A stretch of 32,000 nucleotides of DNA from Moraxella nasovis (GCF_022701215.1 NZ_CP089976.1:30001-62000), one strand, 5' to 3'; positions 15,218 to 26,667 are shown, counted from the first letter of the stretch. Notes: generated from the letters alone by a model not told the origin. Numbers and translations are program-made.

Positions 15218-15832
15218 TTAAGCAGCATCAAAACGTCTTTGGGCTTCGTCCCAGTTTACCACGTTCCAAAACGCCTTGATGTAGTCTGGACGTTTGTTTT
15301 GGTATTTTAGGTAGTAAGCGTGTTCCCATACATCAAGACCGATGATTGGCGTGCCTTCGCAGCCTGCTACATCCTTACCCATCAGTGGGCTGTCTTGATT
15401 AGCGGTAGATACAACAGCAAGCTTATCGCCTTGCTTAACTAGCCACGCCCAACCTGAACCAAAGCGAGTTTGTGCAGCTTTCTCAAACTCTTCTTTAAAT
15501 GCTTCAACTGATCCAAAATCACGCTCAATAGCTTGTTTTAGCGAGCCTTTTAGTTCTGTGCCAGTTTTTAGGATAGTCCAAAATAAGCTGTGGTTGGCAT
15601 GACCACCTGCGTTATTGCGTAACGCACCTTGCTTGTCTTTTGGCAGCTTGTCAAGGTTTGCGATAACTTCTTCAACTGGCTTATCTGCCCACTCTGTGCC
15701 TTCTAGGGCGGCATTCGCATTATTTACATAAGCTTGGTGATGACGTGAGTGGTGAATTTCCATCGTTTCTTTATCAAAATGTGGCTCTAATGCGTCGTAT
15801 GCATAGCCTAATTCTGGTAATGTATATGCCAT
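15218..15832 (-). CDS. sodA: manganese superoxide dismutase
   Basis: [43 protein letters not shown]...[31 protein letters not shown] is near-collinear with E. coli SodA as I recall it. The start was moved to ATG 15832, which has SD aaggaag. The track start at 15874 would sit in the predicted promoter. Confidence 0.9.
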   Translation of the reverse strand: MAYTLPELGYAYDALEPHFDKETMEIHHSRHHQAYVNNANAALEGTEWADKPVEEVIANLDKLPKDKQGALRNNAGGHANHSLFWTILKTGTELKGSLKQAIERDFGSVEAFKEEFEKAAQTRFGSGWAWLVKQGDKLAVVSTANQDSPLMGKDVAGCEGTPIIGLDVWEHAYYLKYQNKRPDYIKAFWNVVNWDEAQRRFDAA

Positions 15833-15876
15833 AATGACTTCCTTAAAATTAATGAATTGAGTGATACTCATCATCT

Positions 15877-15905
15877 ATTATGTGGGTAAAATATCGAATT
15901 TTCAA
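15877..15905 (-). promoter_or_regulatory. putative sigma70 promoter of sodA
   Basis: On the minus strand: TTGAAA, a 17-nt spacer, then CATAAT, ~45 nt upstream of ATG 15832. Confidence 0.4.
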
Positions 15906-16121
15906 GGGGAAATTTTAGTGATTACAGCTATTTTAATGCCAAGTGATTGTTTTTAATATTAATTCTTAGGTGGTATTGCTTAACTTATTTGATGTATTTT
16001 AAAATCAGTCAGCGATTAAATGAAAGTTAAATGGCGTGCTTTTTATAGTTTTTGGTTCGTCCTTAGGCTTGTTACAAAATGTCAAGCCATCATATTTTGA
16101 CGGCTTGACAATACCACGATG

Positions 16122-17033
16122 TTAGTTTAATGCTAATAGGTGCTTAATTACGCTTAGCAATAGTACAATTAAAAACACCAAACGCCCTACTAAGACGTTT
16201 TGCCTAAAGGCACTAAAGCACGCCATACGCTCACGAGTCTTAATAAGCTGATACTGCCGATAAAATAAAATACCAAGTAAAGCAGACAGTAAGCCTACCC
16301 CCACTAAAGCATAATCGGTGAAATAATGCCAAATAGCCAACGCCATCAGTAAGCTAAACACGGTATTTAACAGCATAATTACTGCCACATCATACTTACC
16401 AAATAAAATGGCGGTGGATTTTACGCCTATTTGCAAATCATCGTCTTTATCGCACATCGCATAAGCGGTATCATACGCTACTGTCCAGCACATATAGGCG
16501 ATGAACAGCACCCACCCCCATAATCCCACATATCCTTGTACTGCCACGAACGCCATCGGAATCGCCCAGCCAAATGCTGCTGCTAACACCACTTGGGGTA
16601 AGTGCGTATAACGCTTCATAAAGGGGTAAATGAACGCCAAGAACACCGCCCCAAGCGACCAATAAAACACGGCAATCGGCAAAAAAAACAGCAAGCACGC
16701 AGATAATAGCGATAAACCCAAAAAGGTCAAAACCGCTGTGCGTGGCCGTAGTCTACCATCAGCAAGTGGGCGATTTTTGGTGCGTTTGACATGCCCATCA
16801 ACTTTACGATCAGCAAAATCATTAATCGCACAGCCTGCTGCTCTCATCAGCACCGCCCCAAGCGTAAAAATCAGCACAAGCTGGATACTTGGCAGCTGAC
16901 CTGTCGCCCCAAACTGTGCAAGAAATACCGCCCATAATGTCGGATATAATAACAGCTCTGTCCCAACAGGTTTATCAAACCGAGTAAGCTGTATCCATGC
17001 AATGAGTTTATCTTGAAATTGGGTGTGTATCAT
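16122..17033 (-). CDS. ubiA: 4-hydroxybenzoate octaprenyltransferase
   Basis: [23 protein letters not shown] prenyltransferase motif in a polytopic membrane protein of ~300 aa. Confidence 0.85.
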   Translation of the reverse strand: MIHTQFQDKLIAWIQLTRFDKPVGTELLLYPTLWAVFLAQFGATGQLPSIQLVLIFTLGAVLMRAAGCAINDFADRKVDGHVKRTKNRPLADGRLRPRTAVLTFLGLSLLSACLLFFLPIAVFYWSLGAVFLAFIYPFMKRYTHLPQVVLAAAFGWAIPMAFVAVQGYVGLWGWVLFIAYMCWTVAYDTAYAMCDKDDDLQIGVKSTAILFGKYDVAVIMLLNTVFSLLMALAIWHYFTDYALVGVGLLSALLGILFYRQYQLIKTRERMACFSAFRQNVLVGRLVFLIVLLLSVIKHLLALN

Positions 17034-17070
17034 ATGGATTATTAATAAGTTGTGTGGTCATTAGGCTTAT

Positions 17071-17946
17071 TTATTCATGCAGGCGGACGATGACAGTTGC
17101 CATACGCCCTGTCGCTTTTTTTTGGTGATGTGTCTGATGACGATAAGAATAAAACCGCTCATCTTGGTAGGTGCATGGCGTCGCTGCACCCATGATATTA
17201 ACATCTAGTGCAGCCAGCTGTAATTTGGTTAATGTCACAAGATCAATCAGGCATTTATCGTTACGGCTGTCTTTGATAATCACTTTTTTTAGTTGCACTG
17301 CTGACAGCTTGGTCAAGTTTTGATCGGTGCAGTCAGTGATGATTTTATTTGCCAGCACTTGGTCTACTTCATAACTTGATTGGTGAATGCACGCACCGAT
17401 GATAGCATGCAATTTGGCAGTCTGATCAAACTGTTTGGCAGTTTTGGCAATAATACCTGATGCTAGCCCTTGCCAGCCAGCATGGATACATGCCACCTGT
17501 TCTGCTTTAGGGGTAAAAAGCGTGATGGGCACGCAATCTGCCGTCATGATGGCAAGAGCCTTGCCCGCTGTTCGTGTGATCATCGCATCGGCGTTATCGG
17601 GCAAAAGCCTTAGGTCGGCTGTATCTACATCGATGACCATATCGCTATGAATCTGATTAAGCCAGACAATCTCATCAATCCCACCACCGCCAAGCTGATT
17701 AAGATTTATTAGTAAATCCATGCGGTTTTGTAGTACATGGCTTGGGCTATCTTTTACATGAAGTGCAAGATTATAGCTGCCATATAGATCGCTTGGACTT
17801 GTCTTATCAAACTTTTGTGCAGTCGTCTGCACGATAAGCACATACTGATCTTGGTATAATACGATAGGATTCTTAGCAGATGTCATGGCAATTATTTTAT
17901 CAAAATTAGGTTGGGCTTGGTGTGCCAGTTTAGTTATTAAACACAT
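17071..17946 (-). CDS. pgeF: peptidoglycan editing factor PgeF/YfiH (DUF152, laccase-domain protein)
   Basis: Motifs QIHSDMV, TADCVPI, HAGWQG and FYSYR. It lies immediately downstream of rluD, as in E. coli. The true start may be ATG 17886 (MTSAKN), which avoids the overlap with rluD. Confidence 0.75.
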   Translation of the reverse strand: MCLITKLAHQAQPNFDKIIAMTSAKNPIVLYQDQYVLIVQTTAQKFDKTSPSDLYGSYNLALHVKDSPSHVLQNRMDLLINLNQLGGGGIDEIVWLNQIHSDMVIDVDTADLRLLPDNADAMITRTAGKALAIMTADCVPITLFTPKAEQVACIHAGWQGLASGIIAKTAKQFDQTAKLHAIIGACIHQSSYEVDQVLANKIITDCTDQNLTKLSAVQLKKVIIKDSRNDKCLIDLVTLTKLQLAALDVNIMGAATPCTYQDERFYSYRHQTHHQKKATGRMATVIVRLHE

Positions 17947-18952
17947 GGATTAAGGCGACAATATCACTTGGCAAAGGAGCAAAAAACTCCACCGCATCGC
18001 CTGTTGCTGGATGGATAAATCCTAGCGTATGAGCGTGTAATGCCTGACGTGGGAAGTCTTGAATGGCTTGGCGTTGCTCTGTGGTGAGTGTGCCTTTTTT
18101 GGTTGGTGAGCCATAGACTTTATCACCCACTAAGGGAAAGCCTTTATGTGATAAATGCACACGAATCTGATGTGTTCGCCCTGTCTCAAGGCGAACATCA
18201 AGCAAGCTGTGCGTATCGCTAAGAGCAGTCGCCCGAACGATGTGCGTTACAGCAGGCTTGCCGCTGTCTTTTACAGCCATCTTCGTCCGCTGAGTGCTGT
18301 GCCTGCCAATCGGTGCATCAATTAACGCATGGCGTAAGATGTCAGCAGGCGTGCCTGACACAATACACTGATAATGACGATATACGGACTTATCTTTTAG
18401 TTGGTTGGTTAACTCAAGCTGTGCTGATTTGGTTTTTGCCACCACTAAAAGCCCTGTGGTGTCTTTATCAATGCGATGCACAAGCCCTGCTCGTGGCAGA
18501 TGGGCATTATCAGGGTAGTGGTATAACAAGGCATTGACCAGTGTTCCTGTGCGATTACCCGCTCCAGGATGGACGACCATACCCGCAGGCTTATTAATGA
18601 TAATGACATGATCATCTTCATATACTATATCAAGTGTGATATTCTCTGGCAGATCGTTTGAGTGATCTTCAAACGCTGCCAATAAACTTAACACATCGCC
18701 TTGCCTGACAGCATACTTTGGCTTTTGTGTGGCTTGATTTACAAGTAATGAGCCATCATTAATATAGCCTTGTAATTGCACTCGTGAAAAACCATCAAAG
18801 GCAAGGCTTGCCATCTTATCTAGGCGTGTACCGACGTCCTTATCTAAGACTTGGTAACTAAGCTCAATATGCTTTGTTGGTGAATCCACTTCTGCTTTGT
18901 CATATTCTGACCCGTTTGGCTCAGCTACGGTGTTATCGTCTTGTGTTATCAT
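17930..18952 (-). CDS. rluD: 23S rRNA pseudouridine synthase RluD
   Basis: S4-like N-terminal domain with the HRIDKDTTGLLVVAK catalytic motif, and divergent from bamD. Confidence 0.85.
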   Translation of the reverse strand: MITQDDNTVAEPNGSEYDKAEVDSPTKHIELSYQVLDKDVGTRLDKMASLAFDGFSRVQLQGYINDGSLLVNQATQKPKYAVRQGDVLSLLAAFEDHSNDLPENITLDIVYEDDHVIIINKPAGMVVHPGAGNRTGTLVNALLYHYPDNAHLPRAGLVHRIDKDTTGLLVVAKTKSAQLELTNQLKDKSVYRHYQCIVSGTPADILRHALIDAPIGRHSTQRTKMAVKDSGKPAVTHIVRATALSDTHSLLDVRLETGRTHQIRVHLSHKGFPLVGDKVYGSPTKKGTLTTEQRQAIQDFPRQALHAHTLGFIHPATGDAVEFFAPLPSDIVALIHVFNN

Positions 18953-19147
18953 AACTTTAAAATTTGTACTAAAATTGGGCTACTTTATCATATTTATTGG
19001 CAGTTTTCCTAAAATTTTATCCAAAAGTTAGGGTTCGTATAAATTGATGGTTTTTTAACTATAAATTGTGGTAAACTAAATGGCGTTTAGCTTTTGGATT
19101 TACCGACTTGTAAATGCCAAATCTTTAAATCATCAAGAGTAAAATAT

Positions 19148-20206
19148 ATGAAAACCAATCACTCTTTAAAAGTTTTATCTGTCGCCATGTTAGCTGGTAC
19201 TTTGGCTTTATCTGGCTGTTCAACCCTAAAAAGTATCGTTGGCAAAAAAGACAATAAAATCACCATCAGTGCCGAACAATCTGAACTTAGCTATTATGAG
19301 CAAGCCCAAGCCGCCCTAGAAAAAGGCAATTACCACGAAGCAATTAAGACGCTTGGCGATGCTCGCACTTTTTATCCCACAGGCACGCACGCTCAGCAAG
19401 CACTGCTTGATCTAATCTATGCACAATATCAAGCTGGTGACTATGAAGCGGTCAGTAACAGTACGGCAGAATTTCTTCGTCTATATCCGACCAGCCGACA
19501 CTTAGATTATGTGCTGTACGTCCAAGGTGTCACTCATATGGGCGGTTCACCAAAAGCATCTCGCTTATTTAAGCTTGATCAGTCGCAGCGTGATGTATCA
19601 TGGCTACAACTTGCTTTTAATAATTTTCAAGTATTGGTTAATAACTTTCCAAACAGCAACTATGCTCCTGATGCTGCTCAGCGTATGATAGCAATCTATA
19701 ATGATCTTGCCGAGCATGAAATGGTGGCGGCACGTTGGTATGTGAAACGTGATGCTTATGTGGCAGCAGTAAACCGTGCTAAATGGGTTTTTCAGTATTA
19801 TCCCCAATCTGAAAGCACCCCTGAAGCAATCGCTGTGTTGGCTTATAGCTATGATAAACTTGGCATGACTACAACCGCAGAACAGTATAAGACGCTATTA
19901 CAAATCAACTACCCAAGCTATCTAAATGCCGATGGCTCTGTCAAATTACCAAACCAAAAATCAACATCATTTACCAAGCGTCTCCTTAATACCGTGACTT
20001 TACACAAGTTTGACAAAAAAGCAGACACACAAGGCGTAGTTAGCTCATATAATGGTCAAACTCGCAATCAGGTTATTCATCAAGCAGGTGGACTACCACC
20101 ACTACCAAGTCAGCCAGCAGAAATGGATGATAGCAAAGAGCATATGAGTATGCCTATCCAAGAAAAGCGTAGGCATATTGGTCTAAGTCTGCCAGATCAG
20201 CAATAA
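19148..20206 (+). CDS. bamD: outer membrane protein assembly factor BamD (ComL/YfiO) with long C-terminal extension
   Basis: Lipoprotein signal MKTNHSLKVLSVAMLAGTLALSGC (lipobox LSGC). TPR-like body (YYEQAQAALEKGNYHEAI..., RLYPTSRHLDYVLY). Start moved to ATG 19148. Confidence 0.8.
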   Translation: MKTNHSLKVLSVAMLAGTLALSGCSTLKSIVGKKDNKITISAEQSELSYYEQAQAALEKGNYHEAIKTLGDARTFYPTGTHAQQALLDLIYAQYQAGDYEAVSNSTAEFLRLYPTSRHLDYVLYVQGVTHMGGSPKASRLFKLDQSQRDVSWLQLAFNNFQVLVNNFPNSNYAPDAAQRMIAIYNDLAEHEMVAARWYVKRDAYVAAVNRAKWVFQYYPQSESTPEAIAVLAYSYDKLGMTTTAEQYKTLLQINYPSYLNADGSVKLPNQKSTSFTKRLLNTVTLHKFDKKADTQGVVSSYNGQTRNQVIHQAGGLPPLPSQPAEMDDSKEHMSMPIQEKRRHIGLSLPDQQ

Positions 20207-20212
20207 TGCCAT

Positions 20213-20245
20213 AAAAAGACCGATCGTTGGTCGGTCTTTTTATTG
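20213..20245 (+). terminator. rho-independent terminator after bamD
   Basis: aaaaagaccga-tcgttgg-tcggtcttttt forms an 11-bp stem followed by a T-run. Confidence 0.75.
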
Positions 20246-20256
20246 AATGTATCGCT

Positions 20257-22320
20257 ATGCAGATTTCTGAATCCGTCATTGAGCAGCTCAACAGTCATGC
20301 CGATCTTGTCGGCATGATTAGAAAGCACACCGCCTTAAAGCCAGCTGGTAGAGAGCTTAAAGGCTGCTGCCCTTTTCATGGCGAAAAAACCCCTTCTTTT
20401 TTTGTAAATCCCCAAACCAATCTGTATTACTGCTTTGGGTGCGGTGCTAAAGGCAATCCAATTACCTTTTTAAGAGAATTGGAACGCATGACTTTTATCG
20501 AAGCGGTTAAGCATTTATCCGACCAAACAGGCATCGAACTTCCAAAGGATGATGAGTTTGCCAAAAAAATCAGCTACAAAAAGTCTGCCAAATCTAAACC
20601 TGTATTTCAATCATCTGCTAAGCCATCTATTAATCCACCAAATCAGCATTTAAACTCACAATCAACAACTGCACAGTCAAATAATATACAAAATAATAAC
20701 AACGTCATTACAAATGAACCATTTGATACTATTTTTACTGACGAAGATAAAATATCTGATGGTGCTTTTATCATTAATCAAGTCGAAGATGAACAAGGCG
20801 ACTTATACACCCTACTGGCAAATGTCTGTCGTTATTATCAATCTCAGCTGTGGAATACACCATTTGCGTTATCCTATTTTCAAAATCGTGGGCTAACACA
20901 AGAAACTATCCATACCTTTGAGCTTGGTTTTGCACCGCATGGTTGGCAAGTGCTAACCCAAGCATTCGCCCAAGATCTAGAAGGTCTAAAAATTTTAGGA
21001 CTGGTTCGCCAATCTCAAAAGACGGGAGAATATTACGATTTTTTTCGTGAACGAGTGATATTTCCTATTAAGGATAGACAAGGACGAGTAGTCGGCTTTG
21101 CGGGGCGTTCATTGGGTGACGACATGCCAAAATACATCAATTCATCTGAGTCACCCGTCTTTCAAAAACAGCATATCTTATATGGGCTTTATGAAGCTCG
21201 CCAAGCCAAGGCAAATGATTTTTTGATGGTCGAAGGCTACATGGATGTAATCGCATTGCACCAAGCAGGAATTTATGGAGCGGTCGCACCGATGGGTACA
21301 GCAGCTAATGAACGCCAAATCGCCCAGCTTCTTAAATATAACGACGTGCTGACCTTATGTTTTGATGGTGATAACGCAGGTCAAAGAGCAGCTTGGCGAA
21401 CACTCGAAGTAGCAGCTCCAGTACTGCCTGATGGCAAGCAGTTAAAATTTCTCACCCTGCCTAATCAGCATGATCCAGACACTTTTATTAAGCAACATGG
21501 TGCTGCTGCGATGGTAGAGCAGATTGCTCATGCGTCTAATCTATCAGATTACGTCTTTGGTGTCCTAGCACGTCGTTATGATTTAAAGCTGCCTGAAAAT
21601 AAAGCTGCCGCTATGGCAGAGCTTAAGGAGCTTGCTGCTAAACTGCCCAAAGGTTCTAGCTTTAGATGGTGGCTTAATAACGACATTTACCAAAAATTAA
21701 GCGGCAAAAATCTCCAAAAAACGCAGCTGCTTGATCAAGCAAACTACGACACGAATGTCAATCATAATATTCAGCTGTATTTGTGCTTATTATACGCTCC
21801 ACAAATTTTACTGACAGACCCACTAAGCGATATTTTAACGCAATCAGGTGCAGTCGATGTACATGCTGATTTTATTGATAAGTTAGAACAGCAGGAACTA
21901 CATCTACCAGAGTTACCGACTTGGAAGAGTATCGGCGATGAAGCCTTATCTTTGTTTGTTTCTACCATTAAAGAGTTGATAACACTAAGTCAAAGCATGG
22001 ACTTGGCAGGGTTTGATTTAACCGATACAGACCCAAAGAATCGAGCTTACTTTATTATTGCAAGCTTGCCAAACCCATCTTTACAAGACATGCTCGCCAG
22101 TCAGTGGCAAGATTTTTATCAGCAAATCAGTCAGCAAAGCGTCAATATCCAATTTTTATTCCAAGAGCTTCTTAGTCAAGCACTGCAAGAAACCTTGCAA
22201 AAACAACACAAAAATAGCAAAAATCTCATTTTATCAGAAATTCATAAACGCCGATTGCAAGCGGTAATTCATTGGGATAAGCATAATAAATCTAAGCTTG
22301 CAAAACTGTTGGATACTTAG
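20257..22320 (+). CDS. dnaG: DNA primase
   Basis: Zinc ribbon CCPFHGEKTPSFFV...YYCFGCGAKG, and TOPRIM motifs EGYMDVIAL and FDGDNAGQRAA. Start moved to ATG 20257 (MQISESVIEQL), downstream of the bamD terminator. Confidence 0.9.
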   Translation: MQISESVIEQLNSHADLVGMIRKHTALKPAGRELKGCCPFHGEKTPSFFVNPQTNLYYCFGCGAKGNPITFLRELERMTFIEAVKHLSDQTGIELPKDDEFAKKISYKKSAKSKPVFQSSAKPSINPPNQHLNSQSTTAQSNNIQNNNNVITNEPFDTIFTDEDKISDGAFIINQVEDEQGDLYTLLANVCRYYQSQLWNTPFALSYFQNRGLTQETIHTFELGFAPHGWQVLTQAFAQDLEGLKILGLVRQSQKTGEYYDFFRERVIFPIKDRQGRVVGFAGRSLGDDMPKYINSSESPVFQKQHILYGLYEARQAKANDFLMVEGYMDVIALHQAGIYGAVAPMGTAANERQIAQLLKYNDVLTLCFDGDNAGQRAAWRTLEVAAPVLPDGKQLKFLTLPNQHDPDTFIKQHGAAAMVEQIAHASNLSDYVFGVLARRYDLKLPENKAAAMAELKELAAKLPKGSSFRWWLNNDIYQKLSGKNLQKTQLLDQANYDTNVNHNIQLYLCLLYAPQILLTDPLSDILTQSGAVDVHADFIDKLEQQELHLPELPTWKSIGDEALSLFVSTIKELITLSQSMDLAGFDLTDTDPKNRAYFIIASLPNPSLQDMLASQWQDFYQQISQQSVNIQFLFQELLSQALQETLQKQHKNSKNLILSEIHKRRLQAVIHWDKHNKSKLAKLLDT

Positions 22321-22964
22321 CTATCTTTTAAGACCGCTCGCTGATAGGCTTCTCGGCTTTCACAGCGTTCTTGCCATTCTTTGATGCTTTGTGACTGCAT
22401 AGGTAGGCTGCTTGAGTTTTGCATGGCACTGATGGCAAAATGCACTTGGATATCTGCCGCACTAAACACATCACCTGAGACATAGTCTTGATTTTGTAAG
22501 GTCTGATCAAGCAGTGATAGGCTATTTGTGATATTATCGTTTAGATAAAGCTTTTCTATTTTTTGCTGAATTTGCTTGGTGATAGGACGCACAAAAAATG
22601 GCGATTGCGTGGTAATTTTATCAAACACAAGTCGCATGACAAGGTTTGGCATAAGCGACCCTTCGGTAAAATGCAACCAAAAGCAAAATTGCTCCCACGT
22701 CTGATCATCGCTAGGTTTTAGTTTGTGAGTTTTATCATAATGGCGAAGTAAATATTCTATGATAAATCCAGATTCTATCAGCGTCTTTTCACCATCGGTT
22801 AAAATGGGAGCTTTACCCATAAAGTGGGTTTTTTGCATCGCTTTTGGTGCAAGATAAGACTTGGTACGAGTATGCTTGACCAACGTATATGGTAAACCTA
22901 ACTCTTCTAGCAACCAAAGAATCCGAAAAGATCGTGAGTTATTTAAGTGGTGTAAAGTAATCAT
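22317..22964 (-). CDS. glutathione S-transferase family protein
   Basis: N-terminal thioredoxin-like GST fold signature MITLHHLNNSRSFRILWLLEELGLPY, ~215 aa. Confidence 0.7.
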   Translation of the reverse strand: MITLHHLNNSRSFRILWLLEELGLPYTLVKHTRTKSYLAPKAMQKTHFMGKAPILTDGEKTLIESGFIIEYLLRHYDKTHKLKPSDDQTWEQFCFWLHFTEGSLMPNLVMRLVFDKITTQSPFFVRPITKQIQQKIEKLYLNDNITNSLSLLDQTLQNQDYVSGDVFSAADIQVHFAISAMQNSSSLPMQSQSIKEWQERCESREAYQRAVLKDS

Positions 22965-23009
22965 TATTTATCGCCATTAAAACCAAGCATACACTTAGGT
23001 TAAGTGAGT

Positions 23010-25721
23010 TTATGTATCATCGCTGACTGTGGTGTCTAAGCTATCGCCACTTTCATCGATGATATCGGCAGTCTCCTCATCATCTTCATGCTCCACGCAC
23101 GCCACACCGACTAACACCTCATCATCAGCGATACGAATCAGACGCACACCTTGGGCAGTACGCCCTGTGCTTGCAATTTGGGCAACTGGTGTACGCACCA
23201 ATGTACCTTTATCTGAGATTAAGATAACATCTTCTTCATCGGTAACTGCAATCGCTTTAACCAGCTGACCATTACGTTCAGATGTCTTAATGGCGATATT
23301 GCCTTGTGAGCCACGATTGCTACGCAATGTAAATTCACTAATCGGCGTACGTTTACCAAAACCATTCTCGCAAGCACATAATATCTGCTTATCGCTGTCG
23401 GCTGTACATACCACCAGTGATACCACCCGACTGACTGCAAATGTACTACCCTCATCATCGCCGTCTACTTCGTCTGTCACATCGTCTTCTTCAAGATGGG
23501 TGTTAGCCAGTAGATTAACTCTCATGCCACGCACACCAGCAGACACACGTCCCATTGCTCTTACGACAGATTCTTTAAAGCGAATCGCCTTACCTTCATT
23601 GCTAAACAGCATGATTTCTTGGGAGCCATCAGTAATTGCCACACCTACAAGGCTATCACCTTCTGCTAGATTGATTGCTTTTAAGCCATTTGAGCGTAAG
23701 TTCGCAAACTGACTTAATGCCACACGCTTTACCGTACCGCTTGCCGTCGCAAAAAATACAAACTTATCATCATCTTGTAGAGTCTCCACTGGCAAGATTG
23801 CCGTCACACTTTCATCATGCTCTAGGTTAATCAGATTGACAAGCGGTCTGCCTTTAGAGCCACGAGATGCGATTGGCACCTCAAAGCCACGCAGCCCAAA
23901 AACACGACCTGTATTGGTAAAGCACATGATGGTGGCATGCGTACTGGTGACAAGCAAATGCTCGATAACATCGTCAGCTTTCATGGCTGTGGCGTTACGA
24001 CCTTTACCGCCACGCTTTTGGGCATGGTATTCACTGATTGGCTGAGTTTTGGCATAGCCTGTGGCAGATACTGTCAAAACGACAGTCTGCTCAGGAATGA
24101 GATCTTCACGACTAAAATCGCTGCGACTGTCTACGATATCAGTCTTACGTTCATCGCCAAACTGATCTCGGATTTCGGTAAGTTCATCTTTAATGACTGC
24201 CATCAGACGATCAAAGTCATTTAAGATTAATTGCAGACGCACAATTTCCGCTAAGATTTCTTGATATTCCTTAGATAGCTTGTCTTGCTCAAGTCCTGTC
24301 AAGCGGTGCAACTGCATATCTAAGATGGCATTAACTTGATCAAAAGATAGGCGGTATTTGGTGTTATTTTCAATCAAACCAAACGGAGCATTTAGGTCTT
24401 CGCCTTCAATAATTTCTGGACGAATAGATACAGCCCCTGCCGCCTCAAGCATTGCCACCACACCGCCAGACTGCCATACTCGCCCAAGCAAATTCTCACG
24501 AGCCACCGCTCGGTTCTCTGACTGCTTAATGGTGGTGATAATCTCATCGATATTTGCAAGAGCAATCGTTAGACCCTCTAACAGATGTCCACGTGCTTTA
24601 GCTTTATTAAGCTCAAAAATAGTACGACGAGTTACCACTTCTTGGCGATGTCGGATAAATGTTGAGATAAGATCTCTTAGAGTCATTAAGCGTGGCTGTC
24701 CATTATCAAGAGCAACCATGTTAATGCTAAAGCTAGACTCAAGCGGCGTGTTAATGAACAAATTATTAGCAATGACCTCACTGTTTTCTCCACGCTTAAG
24801 GTCAATAACGACACGCATTCCTTCTTTGTCCGATTCATCACGGATAGCACTGATGCCTTCTAGCTTTTTATCGTTTACAAGTGCAGCGATTTGCTCGATT
24901 AATTTGGCTTTATTGACCTGATAGGGAATTTCAGTAAATACAATGCGTTCACGATCTTTATTATTTCCATCCATAGATTCAATGTGGTATTTACCACGGA
25001 TGTGCAGTCGTCCTTTTCCTGTGCGATAAGCATCGATGATGCCACTGCGTCCATAAATCGTACCGCCTGTTGGAAAATCAGGTCCCAAGATATAGCCCAT
25101 TAGCTCATCGCCCGTTAGATGTGGGTTATCAGCATAAGCAAGACAAGCATTCACCACTTCAGTTAGGTTATGCGGTGCCATGTTTGTTGCCATACCCACC
25201 GCAATCCCTGTCGCTCCATTAATCAAAAGATTAGGCACACGAGCAGGTAATACAGATGGCATACGCTCTGAGCCATCATAGTTATCTTCCCAATCTACGG
25301 TATCTTTATCAAGATCGCCAAGCATTTGATGAGTAAGCTTTTGCATACGCACTTCGGTATAACGCATGGCAGCTGGTGGATCACCATCCACCGAACCAAA
25401 ATTACCCTGCCCATCGATCATCATATAACGCATACTAAAAGGCTGTGCCAAACGCACAATCGCATCATACACCGCAGTATCGCCATGTGGGTGGTATTTA
25501 CCGATGACATCGCCTACAACACGAGCAGACTTTTTGTAAGGTTTGTTATAGTCATTTGATAACTCGTACATTGCATACATGACACGGCGGTGTACTGGCT
25601 TTAGACCGTCTCGCACATCAGGTAAGGCACGAGAGACGATTACGCTCATAGCATAGTCAAGATAGGACTGCTTTAGCTCATCAACAATACCAACGGGGGT
25701 GACGCTATCGGTGGTAGACAT
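23010..25721 (-). CDS. gyrA: DNA gyrase subunit A
   Basis: Motifs [17 protein letters not shown] (active-site Tyr region) and a QRDR-like [15 protein letters not shown]-terminal beta-pinwheel repeats and an acidic tail. Confidence 0.95.
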   Translation of the reverse strand: MSTTDSVTPVGIVDELKQSYLDYAMSVIVSRALPDVRDGLKPVHRRVMYAMYELSNDYNKPYKKSARVVGDVIGKYHPHGDTAVYDAIVRLAQPFSMRYMMIDGQGNFGSVDGDPPAAMRYTEVRMQKLTHQMLGDLDKDTVDWEDNYDGSERMPSVLPARVPNLLINGATGIAVGMATNMAPHNLTEVVNACLAYADNPHLTGDELMGYILGPDFPTGGTIYGRSGIIDAYRTGKGRLHIRGKYHIESMDGNNKDRERIVFTEIPYQVNKAKLIEQIAALVNDKKLEGISAIRDESDKEGMRVVIDLKRGENSEVIANNLFINTPLESSFSINMVALDNGQPRLMTLRDLISTFIRHRQEVVTRRTIFELNKAKARGHLLEGLTIALANIDEIITTIKQSENRAVARENLLGRVWQSGGVVAMLEAAGAVSIRPEIIEGEDLNAPFGLIENNTKYRLSFDQVNAILDMQLHRLTGLEQDKLSKEYQEILAEIVRLQLILNDFDRLMAVIKDELTEIRDQFGDERKTDIVDSRSDFSREDLIPEQTVVLTVSATGYAKTQPISEYHAQKRGGKGRNATAMKADDVIEHLLVTSTHATIMCFTNTGRVFGLRGFEVPIASRGSKGRPLVNLINLEHDESVTAILPVETLQDDDKFVFFATASGTVKRVALSQFANLRSNGLKAINLAEGDSLVGVAITDGSQEIMLFSNEGKAIRFKESVVRAMGRVSAGVRGMRVNLLANTHLEEDDVTDEVDGDDEGSTFAVSRVVSLVVCTADSDKQILCACENGFGKRTPISEFTLRSNRGSQGNIAIKTSERNGQLVKAIAVTDEEDVILISDKGTLVRTPVAQIASTGRTAQGVRLIRIADDEVLVGVACVEHEDDEETADIIDESGDSLDTTVSDDT

Positions 25722-25856
25722 GAGATATCCTTTTTATTTTTTGTTGTGTAAACGTTAAATATTATAGCATAGATGGTGAAATTTTTGGAGAAATAAAGCT
25801 TAAAAATACAGAGCTATTAACGTCAATAAAACACCTAAAATCCAAAACAGTCTAAG

Positions 25857-26555
25857 CTACTGTGATAGATTCTCAGTCATCGCCACCATGCGCTCATGTG
25901 TGATAATCTGCACTGCTTTTTTGTGCTTTTGGGTGTGACTTTGGTAAGCGATTAAAGAAATGGCGACAGCGACATGGCGTGGTGTGAGTGGTTGATGTTG
26001 CACCCTTAAAGCTAAACGTAAAACGTTTTTTACTATATTAATTGATGTATCGCTGATATTTTTGATAGAAAAACCAATCTTATCAAGCGTTAATTGACTT
26101 AGACGAAATAAGTATAAATTGTCAAACCCAAGTCGTTTAAGCTCGTTTTCCACCACAGATTTTATGGCGATATCATCATGACGTGTGGATTTATCCGCCC
26201 CTTTTTTTGATAGATAAAAAAACCGCTGCACGCCTTTGTCTTTGCACGCTTTGGCAAAAGCGACATTATAGCCCACATTTACTTGACGAAACTCATCTAA
26301 GCTTGCTGCATTAGCTTTGGTTAATCCAAGGCAGCTAAAGGCATCGGTATCGTTGCCGATGGCTATGGCTTGTACAGTATCAGCAAGCACACCAAAATCC
26401 TTCACAGAATAGATGTGCATATTTTCACTCATCAAGCGCGGCTGAGTGCGTGTGATAACGATGACCGTCTCATACAGTGCCGACAGTTCATGCACCAATG
26501 CCTGCCCTACACGCCCAGACGCACCGATAACAATGGCTTTTCGCTTCATGAACAC
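25857..26555 (-). CDS. NAD(P)-binding Rossmann-fold protein (atypical SDR, YraR/HTATIP2-like)
   Basis: N-terminal KAIVIGASGRVGQALVHEL (GxxGxxG). Confidence 0.6.
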   Translation of the reverse strand: MFMKRKAIVIGASGRVGQALVHELSALYETVIVITRTQPRLMSENMHIYSVKDFGVLADTVQAIAIGNDTDAFSCLGLTKANAASLDEFRQVNVGYNVAFAKACKDKGVQRFFYLSKKGADKSTRHDDIAIKSVVENELKRLGFDNLYLFRLSQLTLDKIGFSIKNISDTSINIVKNVLRLALRVQHQPLTPRHVAVAISLIAYQSHTQKHKKAVQIITHERMVAMTENLSQ

Positions 26556-26614
26556 CCTTGATTAATAAAACTGACTTATTTTAGCATACCTAAGAGAAAA
26601 ATTTAACGCCCTAC

Positions 26615-26643
26615 TTGTCAAATACCTTAAAAATGCGTAAAAT
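26615..26643 (+). promoter_or_regulatory. putative rpsT promoter 1
   Basis: TTGTCA, a 17-nt spacer, then TAAAAT. Confidence 0.5.
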
Positions 26644-26667
26644 AGCCTATCCTCAAGAACGCATCTA

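Noticed and set aside
15833-15874. N-terminal extensions proposed by the ORF track (sodA 15874, rpsT 26726, bamD 19094, dnaG 20227, gloB 30351, rsmA 28880, apaH 28024, rep 5364)
   Set aside because: In each case an internal ATG with a better SD matches the conserved N-terminus of the family. The extension also overlaps a promoter, terminator or upstream gene.
15833-15880. Possible Fur box overlapping the sodA promoter (cataatagatgatgagtatcac)
   Set aside because: It aligns poorly with the GATAATGATAATCATTATC consensus in any register I tried, so it is not supportable by eye.
23029-25559. Multiple 69-187-aa ORFs on both strands inside gyrA, and similar ones inside ubiA, pgeF, rluD, dnaG, mntP, gloB, prmC and the kinase gene
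   Set aside because: They are embedded in strongly supported conserved genes. Their products are Ser/Arg/Leu-rich, typical of alternative-frame translations.
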